A stretch of DNA of 60,163 bases, the filler included, from Pirum gemmata (lineage: Eukaryota): NCBI GenBank assembly GCA_002812295.1. It is 8 parts of 8 records of this genome, joined end to end, with 100 filler letters (N's around TTAATTAATTAA, not from the genome) between each part and the next. Parts side by side here need not be neighbours in the genome. Positions count along the whole stretch, not along the records: positions 52,800 to 60,163 come from PDIN01000157.1; 7 more parts are not named here. The stretch is one strand, 5' to 3'. The notes beneath the pieces are model-generated. The model was not told the DNA's origin. It was given only the letters and a program-made list of their open reading frames with translations, and searched no databases. Shown here in pieces: positions 58,816 through 60,163 of the stretch (its first letter is position 1; each line of letters begins with the position of its first letter). Both the position numbers and the translations under genes were made by a program.

Positions 58816-59308
58816 ATAAATTATTGATAGTCCAAGTAGACGGGTCTAATCCAAGCAACATGGAACTAGCAGCATGGAAAAAAAAAGCTCGTGAACCCAC
58901 CCAATCTCTTGAGTAGACTAGTCTACCTATTTATTTTGTTACATATTTTTTTGGTAGGTTATAACCTTTAAATTGATATTTTTAAATGAATAAATAGATA
59001 ATAAAATATAGCAAATTAACTTAAATGGATTTATATTGTATTAATTTGGTATTATTTATTGTATGACAAAACAACTGAAAAGTACTATATTTCTTTTCTA
59101 CAAGTAGGCTTGAAGTAGCTAGTGGGAAAAATCATTGAATCGAAACTTTGAAATTTTTTCAATCTAGTTTTAAGTAGTTTTTTTTTAAGTATTGAAAAAA
59201 CTTGTAACTCAGAAACTCGAATTAATAATTAAGATCGAGTTGTTTGATTCGATTATGCTTTCCCATATCTCTGAGATCTCGATTTAATAATAATAATAAT
59301 AATAATAA

Positions 59309-59453
59309 GGGAGCGTTCAAAATTAACGCCAACTTTCGGTCAAATACAGCTTCGAATACCCCTACTTACCTACCCCTCGACGTTTATTTCTGGTCCAAAT
59401 ACTACCTACCTACCCACCCACTCCTTGACGTGACGTGTTATTCGAACGATCCC
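59309..59453 (+). mobile_element. Short Zator-like MITE, family A2
   Basis: GGGAGCGTTCAAA...TTCGAACGATCCC, homologous to 15982-16126. Confidence 0.8.
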
Positions 59454-59612
59454 AATTTTTAAAATAGACAAATAAGACTTTTATGTCCACATAGTTTTTT
59501 AATTTTTCACGTACTTCTCCCGCTACCCATGAAAAACCCAAGATTTTATGTTGATGCTCGAAAACAAACTTTTGAGGAAATGCTTTGTTTTCGATCAAAC
59601 TTGCGTGAGTTA

Positions 59613-59864
59613 GGGAGCGTTCAATAATTACGTAACGCTGGGGGGTAGGTAGGGGGTGTCGGATTTTTGTGACAGGCCGTGACGCAGTAGGGGGGGTAGG
59701 TTTTCGTAATATGACATAACGCAAAAAAATATATATATATAGCCCTATATATATAGATATATAACATGAGGGGTAATTTAGGGTACTATTATTTCCAAAT
59801 CGNCGGGGGGTAGTAGGGTAGGTTTTTGCCCCAAATCGGCGTTACGTAATTATTGAACGCTCCC
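59613..59864 (+). mobile_element. Zator-like MITE, family A1
   Basis: Perfect TIR GGGAGCGTTCAATAATTACGTAACGC; TTA TSD at 59610-59612 and 59865-59867. Confidence 0.9.
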
Positions 59865-60163
59865 TTATTGGTTATGTTGTAGTAGTCGGAAAAATAAAAG
59901 ACTTTTTTGAAAAACAAAAAAAACTAGCTTTGCGAATCTTTGCGAGATATAAATCCTGGTCTAAATCTATTTTTTTTTTAAAAAAAATTTATACATAATT
60001 ATTCTATTTACAATATATCATACCATACAACCAAAAACACAAAACAGAACAAAGTGAGAAAAGTGTATTTTGAAAAAACAACTAAAGATGTGTAAAGGTT
60101 TTATGGTCCATGTGGCAAATGTAATAATTTGAACTATTATTTATTTTATTATTATTATTATTA

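Noticed and set aside
59244..59724. ORFs 59244-59462, 59410-59724 and 58234-58431
   Set aside because: They run through MITE sequences and have no protein-like features.

Overview
Very AT-rich eukaryotic (probably protist) genomic DNA. It uses TAA/TAG stops, GT-AG introns and TTAGGG repeats. The window is not contiguous: eight unrelated ~7.3-7.7 kb scaffolds are joined by artificial 100-bp spacers (44 N + TTAATTAATTAA + 44 N), so nothing can be inferred across spacers. Host-type genes include a Phactr/Bni4-like PP1-binding protein, a secreted 512-aa decad-repeat protein, a dienelactone hydrolase, a PPR protein, an RGS-domain exon and several unknown ORFs. Intergenic DNA is packed with MITEs, tRNA-derived SINEs, a decayed LINE, the 3' end of a Zator-like transposon, satellites and interstitial telomere-like tracts. 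Three highlights. (1) A gene-dense, intronless, virus-like cassette at 37.9-44.4 kb (amino-DNA methyltransferase, Bro-N/T5orf172-like, J-domain/Zn-finger, double HTH, RING-like) next to a host PPR gene. (2) A secreted protein whose 10-residue repeats and cysteines are mirror-symmetric about a central dibasic site, suggesting a giant beta-hairpin fibre. (3) Pervasive TA-x-TA micro-insertions, provable by comparing repeat copies, that look like transposon excision footprints and may build the (TAGC)n tracts. All family assignments come from motif recognition by eye; no database searches were run.
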